From the human T2T-CHM13v2.0 reference genome, Homo sapiens, in assembly GCF_009914755.1 (NCBI RefSeq), contig NC_060934.1: DNA of 64,000 nucleotides. One strand, written 5' to 3'. The notes beneath the pieces were generated by a model that saw nothing but the letters and a program-made list of their open reading frames with translations, did no database searches and was not told where the DNA came from. Shown piece after piece: positions 36,462-49,160 of this stretch. The translations under genes were made by a program, and so were the position numbers. Position 1 is the first letter of the stretch. Each line of letters starts with the position of its first letter.

Positions 36462-37149
36462 TGGGAGATTGGTTTTGCATTAGGCAAAGGGGAAAACCCT
36501 GGAGGAGGGTGCTCTGCCTTGCCGCTCCTCCTGAGGCCCCCAGCCTGGTGTTCCCAGGCCTGCCCCATGGCCTGTAGTGCTCTGTATCCAGTGCAGAACA
36601 GCCAGCCATGCCACTGGCAGGGGAGTCCACGGGTCCAGGGCAAAGTTGTTTTGATTGTAGGCAACTGCCGAGAGGCTGCGAATGCCGCCAACTTGTCTAA
36701 CATGATTCTGCGAGAAATGTTGACTCTAAATTACAAGGACTTAATTTTTCCAACCACAGCTAGGCAGTAAATGACTCTCTGAAATGACAGATGGAAAGTT
36801 CAGTTAATATGTTTATCTTCTGGCTCAAAGTGGCCCGCCTCCCCCAGCACTGCTCGGGCCAGCCTACATGGAGTGGGGAGGAGCTTCTAGATGCCCCGAC
36901 GTGCCCCCTGGACCTAGACCCCCAAACCTGCCCTGGACGTGGGGTCACTGTGGTATGCAGGGCAGGAAGGCTGTGAGAGCCCCAGGGTCTATGTGCCTCT
37001 TGGAAAAGTTAAAGGAGCTAACCTGCAGTGACAATGGCCTGGCTTTGTCCCCAAGGGGACAAATCACAGGACCTCATCTACCAGGTCGTACTCAGAATCG
37101 TCATCCAAAACTCTCCCTACTGGTCTCTCAGGAACAGGGTCATAATTTT

Positions 37150-37350
37150 AATACCCAGGATCTACATAATGTTTTCTACAGGACCGACACTGAACAACCT
37201 GAGGATGTGGGTGCTATCAGTGTCCTCATTTTATTATTGAGTAAATGGAAACAAAGAGAGGTTAAGCAACTTGCTCAAGGTCACGGAGGCAGTCAGTGCT
37301 AGAAATGGGATTCAAACCAGGGCAGGCTGGCTCCATAATGCATGCCTTTG
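37150..37350 (-). mobile_element. MIR fragment
   Basis: 'cctcattttatt...ggaaacaaagagaggttaagcaacttgctcaaggtcac...gggattcaaacc'. Confidence 0.7.
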
Positions 37351-38452
37351 ATCACTGTGGCATCACCCCCAGAGAGGTTTGCTGAGGGAGATGCTGTGGG
37401 GAAGGGACCCGTACCAGCTACTTGGCAAGGCCTGTCGCCATGGAGCTCTGAGGCTCCTGCCTCTCTATAGACACCAGCATGGCAGGCTTGGGTCCAGACT
37501 GGGCTGGGCACCAGGTCACACCTCAGCCACTGATCCCAGGAGGAAAGGGTAGTACGAAACTCACCACCCTCTTCCAACCCTCTCACCTGACAGCCACATG
37601 CCCCTTGGCCCCATCCCTGCCTCTGCTGTCCTGGGAGCTCTGACACAAGCACCCACAGGATGTCACAGTCCAGAGGGTCTGCCAGAGATGGGGAAGGTGA
37701 GCACTGAGGCATCTGATCCTGGCCCACAGCCCTGGCCTCTACGTAGGAAGAGGACACCTTCCCTGTCAATGTCTTCCCCTACCCTCTCCCACTCTCCATG
37801 CAGCCCTCTGTGATGCAGGGTGAGGGTGTGTCCCACCTGTGCAACCCTATACCCTCAGGCCAGTCTCCTCCACCCCACATCCCTGGACCCAGATGTGGAT
37901 GTCAGGGTGAGTTCAGGGCCACACCATCCCTCAGGACCTCCGCTCCCCGGCAAGGGCTCCAGGCTGCTGCCCACGTGGTTGCTGCTGCTCCAGCTGGTTG
38001 GATCATTGGCCAGCACCGGTATGATGAGCTGGAGTCACAGGATGACTTGGGGGCAGCTCCTAGTCTGAGAAGCCCCCATGTTAGCAGAGAGAGATGGCGA
38101 GATCACCACAGTCCTCTGCAGGGTGGGCCCGCAAATACATCAGAGCGCAGAGCACGGGCTGGAAGCCTGAGGCCTGTGAGGAGAGGTGGCCTTGCCAAGC
38201 CCCCACCTAGGCCGAGCCCTCAAAATGAGAAGAGAGGGGGAATTAAGGAGAATCTCAGGAACAGCTTGAGCAAGAAGAAGAAATGGTGTGGTGTGCGTAA
38301 GGAAGCCAGGAGTGGAGCTGCGGGGGGCTAGGGAGACAGGGACAGGCAGACGAGGCTGCAGGGGTGGCTAAGGTCTCACCAGATAGCCTTCAGGGAGAGT
38401 CCCACATGCCATGTGGAGGAGCTTGGGCCTCATCCTTTAGGGGATGCAGTCA

Positions 38453-38670
38453 CTTTTTAAAATTGTGGTAAAATACACATAACATAAAATATACCATGTT
38501 AGCCATTTTTAAATTCAGTGGCATTAAGTGTATTCACATTGCTGTGCAACCATCACCACCATCCATCTCCATCACCCCAAACTGAAACTCTGTTCCCATT
38601 ATACAACAACCCCCAGCCCCCAGCCCCTGACAACTTTCATTCTTTTTTCCATCTCTATGGATTAAACTGC
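38453..38670 (-). mobile_element. L1MB (MB2/3-like) 3' end
   Basis: 'aattgtggtaaaatacacataacataaaat...cagtggcattaagtgtattcacattgctgtgcaaccatcaccaccatccatctcca'. Confidence 0.85.
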
Positions 38671-39589
38671 TGTGGGTAAGGGACGCAGTCGCAACCTGGG
38701 AAAGGGGACACTGTGAGTGGTTGGTCCCTCCAACCGCTATACCTGCAGAGTAGAAAGTAAGTTGGACAAAGACCTCACTGGCAGCCACTGCAAAGGTCCA
38801 AGCCAAAGACAAGGGATGCTTGCTTGAGGTGGTGGCTGCCAGTTGGTGCCCTGCCTGGAGGACAGGAGACCTGGGTTTGAATTCTAGTTCAAGTTCTCAG
38901 AGGCTTGTGGCTCTTCACAAGTTCTCAGCCTCCTGAGTGCTCATTACCGTACATGAGATGAGAATGACAATACTCTCTTTGTGGAGTTGACTTTAGGTAC
39001 TGAGGATAATAATATTAATAGCAAATATTGACCATGCTCTGCCCAGCACCAAGTTTTTCACCAAGTGATGAGATGATGAAGACCTGTCTCTTATCAGCCT
39101 TGAGGCCTTACAGAGAGAGCAACTCTAAGGCGAAGAAACTGAGACTTGTTGAGTTCAGGGCTTATTGCCTAGGATTTGCAGCAGAGAGAACCTTAACCCA
39201 AGGTCCAGCACAGAGGGGATGCTCCATACATGTGAGTTGACTTCCAACCCCTCTGTAAAGTTAAGCCAACCGTAGTGCCCAGTTCATGTATCAGCCAGTC
39301 CGGTGGATAATACTTTCAACTTGCAGAGTTTCCCAGGAGTTCAAAGTGGCCTCAAGACAGATCCATTTCAGCATAATCAGAGCCCCCACAGGAGGCTGCG
39401 GCTTCTGAGAGGACTCTGCTGGCTCTGCCACTCATTAGAATCTGTGTGGAGGCCTTTGCCTGAGGCCAGCTGACTGCCCAGAGGCTGCTCTGCTTACCCT
39501 GGGAACGTGGGGGTGCAGAGCTCCTACAGGCGCCTGAGAACAAGAATGTCACAGGGGTTTTTGTTGAGCAGCCCCAGACACCATCCTCA

Positions 39590-40012
39590 TTTATTATGCT
39601 CATGGCTGTTGGGTCTGGAATTCAGTCAGAGCACAGTAGGATGGCTTGTCTCTGCTCCATAAGGTCTGCAGCCTCTGCTGGGATTCCTAGAATAGCTGGG
39701 TGTGACTTGACCGCTGGCAGCAGGAATCATCTGATGACCTCTTCACTCAGCTCCTATGTGTGGCGTCTCCATGTCACCTTGTCTTCCTCATAAGATGGCG
39801 GCCACATGGATAATCAGTTCAGGCCTCTAGCACTACTATTCAAGTGGTTAAGGAGGAAGATGTATTGCTTTATTTTTTTTTACAAGCTCATAAAATTCAA
39901 GAGGATGGAACATGGAGTCTGTCTATGTGAGGGTTGCAAAGTCACATTGTCAAAGAGCATGTAGGATGGAAAATATTGTTGTACTCTTTTTTGGAATATA
40001 AAACCTGCCACA
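39590..40012 (-). mobile_element. Old MaLR LTR (MLT1H/J-like)
   Basis: 'attatgctcatggctgttgggtctggaattcagtcagagcacagtaggatggcttgtctctgctcca' ... 'aacctgccaca'. Confidence 0.6.
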
Positions 40013-41419
40013 AAGTGAATAGCAGATAAATTGAAATACATATACCCAGTTGAAATTTTCTTCTTCTTCCCTCTGCAGAATTGACACTGATCCTCCTTCT
40101 CCAAAATCAGGTTTTCAGCACAAGGACGAAAGCAGGCAACAGCAGCAATCTGCTCAAAGAAAGCTCTTTTGCAGGCACATATTCTTGTGCATATTTAAAA
40201 TATGACATCCCAGACTCTGTGAAAAAAAATTATTTCTTCCATCTTTCCTACAGGGTAATTTCCAAAATCAGACTGTTTCTTGATCTAAGTTGAAAACTAA
40301 AAGAAAAACATTAGGCCCTAATCTCCATCAACAAATTTGTTCCAGCCAAGAACTCCCAGGTTCTACTGGGTTCATTTCTGTAGGAATTTGGGCAAGTAAA
40401 AACAGACTGTTTTTCAACTCAGGATCTTCATCTATTTCATTGGAATAGATGTCATATTTTCTAAAGGGAGGGTGAGATGTTTCATTCAAGGCATGTAAAA
40501 TGAAGTGGGGAGCAGAGAATGTAAATTCTGTTTGTTCTATTTATTCTGAACATGTTAGAATAAATAAAATGCTGGATGCTGAAATGTGTGTTTGTTTATT
40601 GAAAAATTTTAAAGAAATTTAAAATGCCATTTGTCCTATCTCTTTAATTAGAGATGAAGGCAGGGGGCTGGGAATGTTGAGGTTAACTGAGAACAGGGTC
40701 CAACTGTCCTCAGTCTAAACAGAAGGGAAAAATAAGTGTAAGCACCCAAAAAAGCATTTGATTATTTTTCTTTAAATGCAAATAATATTTTTGGCCAGGA
40801 GAGCATTGAGGACAGGCTTTTGCCTTCAGCAAATAAAAAATCCTGTTCAAGACCCAAGACCCAGGCTGGACTCACCACCAATTTCGTCTTTTAAAAAATT
40901 CTTATGACTTATTTGAGCACTTCCATGCCATCAAAACTGGTCTGGGATCTTTGGTTAACATCTGGAAGAAATGTATGTTGACAAATGCCAAAAACAACTT
41001 TTAAATATCAATCCTCTAGAAGAAGCAATGGAGAGGGAGGGATTCTTGAGAAAGGGTGGAAAAATCAAACTCATTTCATTGGTTTAGAGAGCAGCCTAAC
41101 TTCTAATCCATCCCCTGATGCTGATGTCATGTAATCAGGTGGTGCATTTCCCCAGCTTCCCTCCCCTCTGTATCATCGCTGTCAGAAGATGAACCTCTGA
41201 AAAGAGAGGTGGGGGTCCTCTCCTGTCTTTTGTCATGGTTATGTCTATGATGAACATAACTATGGTGACGGGTCCTTGGCTTCTCTAGGATTTCTGAAGG
41301 AACAGCATTTACCTCAGCCAGTGGAGCTCAGAAGGAGGAGAACATCCCAGGGAAAACTAGACAGGAAGCAGACTGAGCATCCAGAGTGGGCTGCTCTCAG
41401 AACACTTTGTTCCAGCAGC

Positions 41420-41560
41420 CTTAGCGACCTGTCCTTCAGTTTGTACTTGAATGCCTGCTGAGATGGCGAACCCACTGCCTCCTAAAATTTTCTGTTCCAT
41501 TAGGAGTCTTTGCTGGGCAGCTCTTCTTAATACTAAGCTGAAATATAAGCCCCTTCAAAT
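41420..41560 (-). mobile_element. L3/MIR3 3' fragment
   Basis: 'tacttgaatgcctgctgagatggcgaacccactgcctcc...ctcttcttaatactaagctgaaat'. Confidence 0.5.
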
Positions 41561-42019
41561 TATTTGTGGGATGAAGTGAAGTGAATAAATAAGTACTAAG
41601 TTGAATCTTTCTCATTTGTATCCACTGTGTATGTTGTACCCCACCTTCTACCCCAATCTTTACAGAAGAAATCCAAGACAGTAAAACAGAAGAACGAGTA
41701 TTTGCCTGTAACTATCTGTGTCAGAGGTTCTCTGGTGAGGTGCCAGAGCACCCAGGACCAGCACACAAGACACAGTCATACACTGAGATGGAGGACAAGG
41801 TACAGCATGCTGTGACGACAGCATAAAGAGGCCTGGAGCAAGTCAATGGGTACCACGTCTACTGTAATATGTGAGGACTATACCTCAAGACTGTGAATCC
41901 AATGGGAAATGGAAAGATTTTATCCACACACTGCTGCATTGCTGAAGAACAATGAAGTGGACATGGGAGAAACAGGTGTAGAATGTAATTCCTTTCCATG
42001 TTTGAGGCACACTTTCAGT

Positions 42020-42250
42020 ATTCATATCACACAAGGCTTTGGAGACCACTGTAGAGATGTTGCTCTCGCTTTGTAGGAATGGAAGCCATTGGCGAGTCTT
42101 GGGCATAAAAAGTGATGTGATCAGGTTACACTGTGAGAGGATTACTCTGGATGCTGTGAGAAGAACTGGTTTAGGGAGCAAAGTGGGATCAGGAACTAGA
42201 AGTCAGCTACAATGATCTAGGCAAGAGTTGATGTGGCTTAGACCATGCCA
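42020..42250 (-). mobile_element. L2 fragment
   Basis: 'aatggaagccattggcgagtcttgggcataaaaagtgatgtgatcaggtt...ggattactctggatgctgtgagaagaa'. Confidence 0.7.
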
Positions 42251-42349
42251 ACTTGGGCCATCTTCAGCTGCACGAGTCCGTGAAGGCACATCTGTCTAGC
42301 TGAGCACATTGTCACCTGCATGCAATCAGAGTTCTTCTAAGGAGCAAGG

Positions 42350-42408
42350 CATATTAGTCAGGGTTGTCCAGAGAAACACAACTATATATATATATATATA
42401 TATACGTA

Positions 42409-42441
<33 letters not shown>

Positions 42442-42459
42442 GTATTATATATATGTGTA

Positions 42460-42512
<53 letters not shown>

Positions 42513-42980
42513 TGTTTCTTATGATATGAAAGGGGCTCACACAATTATGAAGACTGAGAAGTCCCAGGATCTGCAGTTGGCAAACTGGAGTCTCAGGAGA
42601 GCTGGTGGTGTAGTTCCAGTTTGAAATCAAAGGCCTGAGAACCAAGGGACTGAATGTAGTTCCAGTCCAAAGGCCAGTAGGCTCAAGATCTAGGAAGAGC
42701 TGATGTTTCTGTTGAAGTCCAAAGGAGAGGACCTATGTCTCAGCTCAGGGCAGTCAGGGAAAAGGAGTTCCCTCTTACACTCGGGAGGGTCAGTCTTTCT
42801 GTTGTATTCAGGTCTTCAAATGTTTGGATGGGGTCCACCCGCAATAGGGAGGGCAATCTACTTTATTCAGTCTACCCATTCAAATACTAATGTCATCCAG
42901 AAATATCCAGAATAATGTTTGACCAAATATCTGGGCACCCTGTGGCCCAGTCAAGTTGACACAAAAAATTAACCATCACA
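42350..42980 (-). mobile_element. MLT2B-like (ERVL) solo LTR
   Basis: Termini atattagtcagggttgtccagag / cagtcaagttgacacaaaaaattaaccatcaca; near-TSD caagg / gaagg. Confidence 0.88.
42383..42512 (+). repeat. Compound (TA)n(TG)n(TA)n(TG)n(TA)n(GA)n microsatellite inside MLT2
   Basis: Seen directly. Confidence 0.92.
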
Positions 42981-44406
42981 GAAGGTGAGAAAGGATATAG
43001 GCTAGGTGGCTTCAGCATCTGCCAGAGCTCCTGTGTGCCTCTGGTTCCAGATTTGATTCTTTTTCTACCAAAAGGAATTAAGACACTTGGTCCCAAATCT
43101 CAGGACAGAAAAAATATTGAGTATGGACAACCTCAATGCCAGAAAACAAGACTGTTTTAAAAATGACAGTAAGTTGCTGTTGAAAGGACAAAGGTATCAG
43201 TTTGAAGGGTCCCATCGACCAAGCAGAGCATGAAAAATAAAATAATACTCAAAGTTAGCTGAAACAAGTTGATTTTGTGAAAGATCATGGATTTACAACA
43301 ATATTTGAAAAAGCAAAGTTAATATAATGTGTGCAAAAGAATGCACATGTTAGGATTTGTTTAGTTTTATTGCTTTAATAAATAGAAAAGTACTTATGTT
43401 TGTATTTACATTTTTCTATTGAGCATATATCCATTTACAAAGTATAGAGTTATCTTTCTCACTATCTCTGTGCATAAGAAAGAATAAACACAAGGAACTA
43501 TAAATAAACTAAAATCCCCCAAAACATGCATAGTATAGGGAATCAAACAATTGATTGCTCTCGTGATCCTACACAGCAACCAATTAAACAGGGAATTTCA
43601 CAGTGTTCTAAGATGATTAATTAGCTAAACATTGCACACACTCCATCTCTCATCTCTTAGTAGATGGAACCTCAAGATGACCCCACTAATTATAATGTAA
43701 TATTGATAAGGCATGCATAAGTTTACAATTAATATTTATAGACTAGGCCAATTCATCATAATGACAGGACAATAGTTTAGGTACTGCCAGCTAGCCATAA
43801 GAAACTTTTTACAATACATCATTTCTGGGAAAGACACCAAGTTTTAAAAAATTAAATCTTTGAATTTAGCTTTTGAAAGGCAGAGGCTTAAAAGTCCAAA
43901 TGTAACAAATAGAACTGTATTATCAAAAGGCACTCAATCAGTGGTTTGGTTTGGATCACTTTAAACAAACAGACTTATCCTGGACCAGAATCTGCAACTT
44001 CTTCTCTCCTGAAATGGTATGCACCTGGTTTGGGATCTGCTGTGATTATTAGTATCTCATAGAATTACTGAAGCCCTATGTGAGTGTAAAAAATGAAACT
44101 TTTTGAATGATATTCAAATAAAAATCATTTAAACACAGAGAATTCATAATTTTGTAACCACATTTACATATTATCAGTGTGATTTTATTTATGTTTATGT
44201 CTTAAAATGACTACTAGTCAGGATGTGTAGGTAAAATTCCAGTGACTTGATACAATGAAGGTTTATTTCTTTCTTGTGCTTCATATCCATCTCAGTTCAG
44301 CAAAGGGCCCTCTGCTCCACCAGGTCACTCAAGAACCCAGGCTGACAGAGGCTCCACAGCCTTGCAGTTGCCTCATCCAGAAAATGCAGCCTGTTCAGTC
44401 ACTCAA

Positions 44407-44962
44407 TGTGATGGTTTTAAAATTTTGTTCACAAATTATTTTATACTTCTCCCCTCAAAAATTGGAGACTGATCTTCTTCCCCTTAAGTGTGGACTGTTC
44501 TTAGCCACTTGCCTTTGATGAATAGAATGTGTCAGAAGCAACAACCTGTGTTTTCCAGGACCAGTCATAGAAGGCATTGTGACTTGGGCCTTATTATATC
44601 TTGGATAACTCATTCCTGGGGAAGCCAGCTACCATGTTTGAGGCTACTCAATGAGTCCTAGGAGAGGTCCATGTGGTATGGAGTGGAGGCCTCTTTCCAA
44701 CAGCCAGTGAGGAACTGAGGCCTTGCACCAACAGCATGTAAGTGAGCAGTCATACAAGCAAATCCTCCAGCTCCACTCTGGAGATAACTGCAGCCCAGGG
44801 TACATCTGGGCTGTAACCTCAGGAGAGACCATGGAGCCAGAACCACCAAAGGAAGCCATTTCTGAATTCCTGATCCACAGAAACTGTGAAATAACAAATG
44901 TCTGTTGTCTTACACTCCTAAGTTTTCGGGCAATTTGTTATGTAGCTAAAAACAACCAATAC
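44407..44962 (+). mobile_element. MLT1F-like solo LTR, nested in an older reverse MLT1 (~44200-45150)
   Basis: tgtgatggttttaaaattttgttcacaaatt...ccacagaaactgtgaaataacaaatgtctgttg...ttttcgggcaatttgttatgtagc. Confidence 0.75.
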
Positions 44963-45479
44963 CATGAGACAGAGGAAAAGACCACTGGAAGGTCTTGTTC
45001 TAGCAGTTTAGTGTTTTAGCCAGAAGAGGCACATTTCATTTCTGCTATCAGCCCTTCAGCCGGAATTGGCCAAGGAGTCATTTCAGATTGCTAGGGGCCA
45101 CAGGCTCCTCCCACGCACTCAGGCAGAGAGGAGACCTAGATTGGGGCAGCTACTCAGAAGAGATTCAGATATTTAACCACTATTACAAAGCATGTAAGAC
45201 ATTAAAGAGAATCTCATACATTTGATCTGCATTTTTTATTAAGTGGAAAGTTTGATCAAATAGATTTCTAATGATGTATAAACATTAGGAAATGCTTAAT
45301 TTATTGTATTCATAATTGTGAAAGATTATATTAGAAATATATGATTAGAGGAAATATTATCATCATGTAAAAATATTTATTATTACAATCTTAAGATTCA
45401 TAAATTTCCTATCGAATCCAAGATGTACAAGTATAACCATTCTTCTTGCACAAAAGCCTTTCGAATGTTAAAAAATCTA

Positions 45480-47490
45480 TCAGCCTAGTAAAGAGGTAGA
45501 TGGACAGATGTTGTCCTGGTGAGCATAAAGAAGAAAAGGGTGGATTCCAAAAGACAAGACAAGATACTCCTTCATAGACAGATTCTAAGTGAAGCCATTA
45601 CATTAAAGATGGTGGCATACCTGGAAAAGGTGAGCCAACAGGGGTTCACCAAGAACAAGCCGTGACAAACCAATCCCATTTCCTCTTTGGGAAGGCTTTA
45701 CTATTAGTAAAATTTTAGCAGAACACATTCAAATACTATTTTTTTAATCTTGTGCTATGTGACATATTAATTTATAGCTAAAAATGATACTCAAGGAGCA
45801 TCAGCCTGGTTAGAAATATTAAGATGTGTGTCCCACTTCTCTGTAACTGTTGCTCTCCTGTCTCACCAGATCCCTGCCCAGCCCATCTAGTCTCTTCTCT
45901 GATCCAACAGGAAACTCACATATCCTCTGTTCTCAAAGCACAGAGCCAGGGTAGGTTAAATTGTGTTGCAGTGACAATTTAACCTACCCCTAAGTAGGTT
46001 GCATAACACAAAACCAGTCAACATCACCTGGAATGGGGAAAAATTAATCTATTGGATCATCAAATCATGATTCAAAATGATCTTGTTAGATTGGGAAGTG
46101 GTCTAGTAGACATTTAAATAAAGATGGCTCAAGCCTGTGGCTCAAGCCTGTAATCCCAGCACTTTGGGAGGTCGAGGCAGGCAGATCACAAGGTCAGGAG
46201 ATAGCGACCATCCTGGCTAACACGGTGAAACCCCGTCTCTACTAAAAATACAAAAAATTAGCCAGGCGTTGTGGCAGGCGCCTGTAATCCCAGCTACTCA
46301 GGGGGCTGAGGCAGGAGAATGGTGGGAACCCGGGAGGCAGAGCTTACAGTGAGCCGAGATCTCACCACTGCACTCCAGCCTGGGTGACAGAGCAAGACTC
46401 AGCCTCAAAAAAAAAAAAAAAAAAGGAAAGAAAGTATATTACTCAGAGCCCTTAGCTAATGGACAGGACTACTGTGTCTTTTCACCCATTTATTTCACAG
46501 CTTGCTTCAAGGCCAGTAGCCTCTTCCTCCTTCTCTGCAGTCTAAGCATAAGTGGCCAGGCCAAGGGCTCATCTTCTGTAGGCAGGCCTGGCCATCTTCT
46601 AATGTGTATGTGGGTGTGCATGCATACCTGTGTGTGTTCCAGTTTCTTTACCTTCAAATGAGTGAGTTAAGTCAGCCTTACATTAGTTCCCAGTTGTCTT
46701 CAATATAGAATGCAGAGAGCTGCGGTCACCCTTCAGCCTCAAAAATTCAAGATGAATTCTCTATTCCAGTTTAAATCAAAGAGGCCTGCCTTTTGTCAAT
46801 CTTGGGATGCATGCCCAACCATTAATCAGCCTGTCACTTTTATTTACATCTCTTTTTGCCTATAAACCATGGGACAGAAACTGGAAGGGAAGAGGGGGTC
46901 AGTTTTAGACTTCAAATCCCAATAACTCCAGTTGGAATATAAACCCAGAGTGTGATGTGGTTGCTGAGAAAAGTAATGCTGCTTTGGTGACACTGCTAGA
47001 ATCGTGCAACACCTAGAACAAGATCAGTGATAACACTTTATCTGACAACCATCAGACCAAGAGGTTCTGAATACTACACTAAAAGAAGGTGACATACAGA
47101 GTGGTGATCAAGACAGGGAGAAATTGGAGGTCACGTGAGGGGTGGTGGAGGGAACTGAGGCTATGGAACCGAGCAAGGAGGAAACATGCCAATGGCCTCA
47201 GGCATTTGAAGGGGCATGGGAGAGTGGGGGTGGGTAGAGCCAGTTCTATTAAGCATAGAGAATTGGACTTGAGAAGTGGCCCTGCCAGGAAGGTAGACAG
47301 GATCAGAACATGGAGGAATTTTACAAAGAGCTGTCTCAACATGGAATTTTCTGGCTCATAAGATAGTGAGACGCCATCGTGAAAGTGTCCAAAGAGAGGC
47401 TTGATAATCGTTTGTTAGGATTAATATCAAGGATCCTGAATTGGGATAAACTGGACTAATGGCCTCCAAGTTTCTTCCTCACCAAGACTC
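45480..47490 (+). mobile_element. Fragmented L3/CR1 LINE (RT-region and 3'-end pieces) interrupted by younger elements
   Basis: 45633-45695 reads SQQGFTKNKP*QTNPISSLGR (CR1 RT motif SQHGFTK..SCQTNLISF); 46945-47060 resembles QCDVAAKKANAILG...; CR1/MIR3-like tail near 47340-47490. Confidence 0.7.
46125..46424 (+). mobile_element. AluY, 5'-truncated, with tandem 13-nt duplication at its start
   Basis: ccatcctggctaacacggtgaaacccc and ggagaatgg diagnostics; (tggctcaagcctg)x2; A tail. Confidence 0.92.
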
Positions 47491-47576
47491 CGTAATCCTG
47501 AATCTGGCTAACACAAAGGTAATAGCTCAGAGGTTAGCCAGATGGAACTCTTTAGCAAATGAAGACAGCTTTTGTC

Positions 47577-47975
47577 TGTATGATCAACAGAGTTAATGTT
47601 CACCAATATTTGGTACTCTGCTACTTTCAGTTACACAGAGAATCATAAGGTATTCCTTGAATTTAGGTATGGCTAAGTAAATAGTTCTCACCAAAGAAAC
47701 ATGAATAGAAATAGGGCCACTCCTAGGCCCAAGCAATTAATTACAGCTTCTTGACCCTCCACCTCTTTCTTCATCCGCACCAGTTGGGGATTGCTTAGTG
47801 TTGAAATGGAAAGGCCAAAAGAAGGAAACAATCTGACTTGCTAAATATGGAGGAAAATTGCCTGGAGAATCACCCAGATCTGCAGTCTACTTTATGAGAC
47901 CAAGATATCAACTTCTTGTGGTAAGCCACAAAGAGTTTTAGGTGATTTGTTACTGCAGCATAATTTAGCCTACCG
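47577..47975 (+). mobile_element. MLT1I/J-like LTR
   Basis: 3' end 'tgtggtaagccacaaagagttttaggtgatttgttactgcagcataatttagccta'. Confidence 0.6.
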
Positions 47976-48889
47976 TGGCTGCTATGCTGTGAGAACAAAG
48001 GTCATGTTAATTTCCTGTTGGGCCATAGAAGAGACTAGAGAAGATGAGCAGGGCTCTGAAGAGACAGATAAAAGGAGAGTCAGATCCCTGGGTCTGCCTA
48101 TTTTCATGGAGGCTTGGAGCACTGTACATATTTCTCCAGTTCCCAGAGGCCATGACTAGGTCTCCTTCCCTGTTAAATGGGCAATACCTTACATGAAAGT
48201 TTGGGAACCAAGGTCACAGATCGTGAAATGAAGTTAAACTAGGCTGCTAGAGTTGCCACCTTGGCTCTGTGCAAAGATCAAAGGCTCTCTTTGGTGAGAA
48301 AAAGCCACCCTCATTGTGCCTGCCAACATTTTACATCTGGATCTACATATTATCTGCTGATTTTATAAACTACTTCCTTCCCAGAAATCCAAACTAGCCT
48401 TGTTTTATAGATGTGGAACTGCAGTCTCCTAGTTTCTGGATGAGCTTACACTGGGCCCTTTGGGCTTCTGTCTTCCCACTAGGCCATGCTATGGAGATTG
48501 CACAATGGACCTATTGCTTCAAAGGAGAGTCACACAACACTCCCCAGCCACTGTGTTGACAGCCCTGGGCTGGAGGAAAGGCAGCAGTCTTCACAGAGCT
48601 CACTTTACGGCTGGGCTCACCCTTCACCCCAAGACAGCTTTGATCACTGGGAAGTTTCCACAAACACAGAATGAATGAGGAAGAAGGTGATTATATTTTC
48701 GGTGTGATCCACGTGGACGAGAGGTGAGAGATGGAACGTCTGTACCATCAAGGTTTCTTTAGCTCCTTGACTTTACATGGCTGTCAGTTTCCCCTTAATG
48801 TATAGGTTTAAAGTAGTTGTATATTTTCTTGCTTTTTATCACTTTTCATCACGTAATGAAGATTTGAAGGTGTAAGCCACTTACGGCTT

Positions 48890-49160
48890 AATTTACTAGT
48901 GCAATTCGGTAGCAAACAAGTGCAGGAAGCAGCCTGCCTGCCTTCAAATTCCAATTCCCTCCTTTCTGCTTTCTATCTGTATGGTTTCAGGCAAGTTACT
49001 TAGCCGCTCTGTGCTTTCGTTTCCTCATCAGTTAAATGGGTGTAATAATAATAATATCTATCTCATAAGGCTATGGTGGGATAACATGTATTAATATACG
49101 TGATGCATTTGGAAGTGTACTTGGCATAGGAAAATTTCAAGAAGTAGTAGCTATGTTTTA
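48890..49160 (+). mobile_element. MIR
   Basis: 'ggcaagttacttagccgctctgtgctttcgtttcctcatcagttaaatgggtgtaataata...ctatctcataagg'. Confidence 0.75.

Noticed and set aside
37299-38331. 156-aa (-) and 177-aa (+) ORFs
   Set aside because: Low-information Pro/Gly/Arg-rich translations with no recognisable family; one extends into a MIR.
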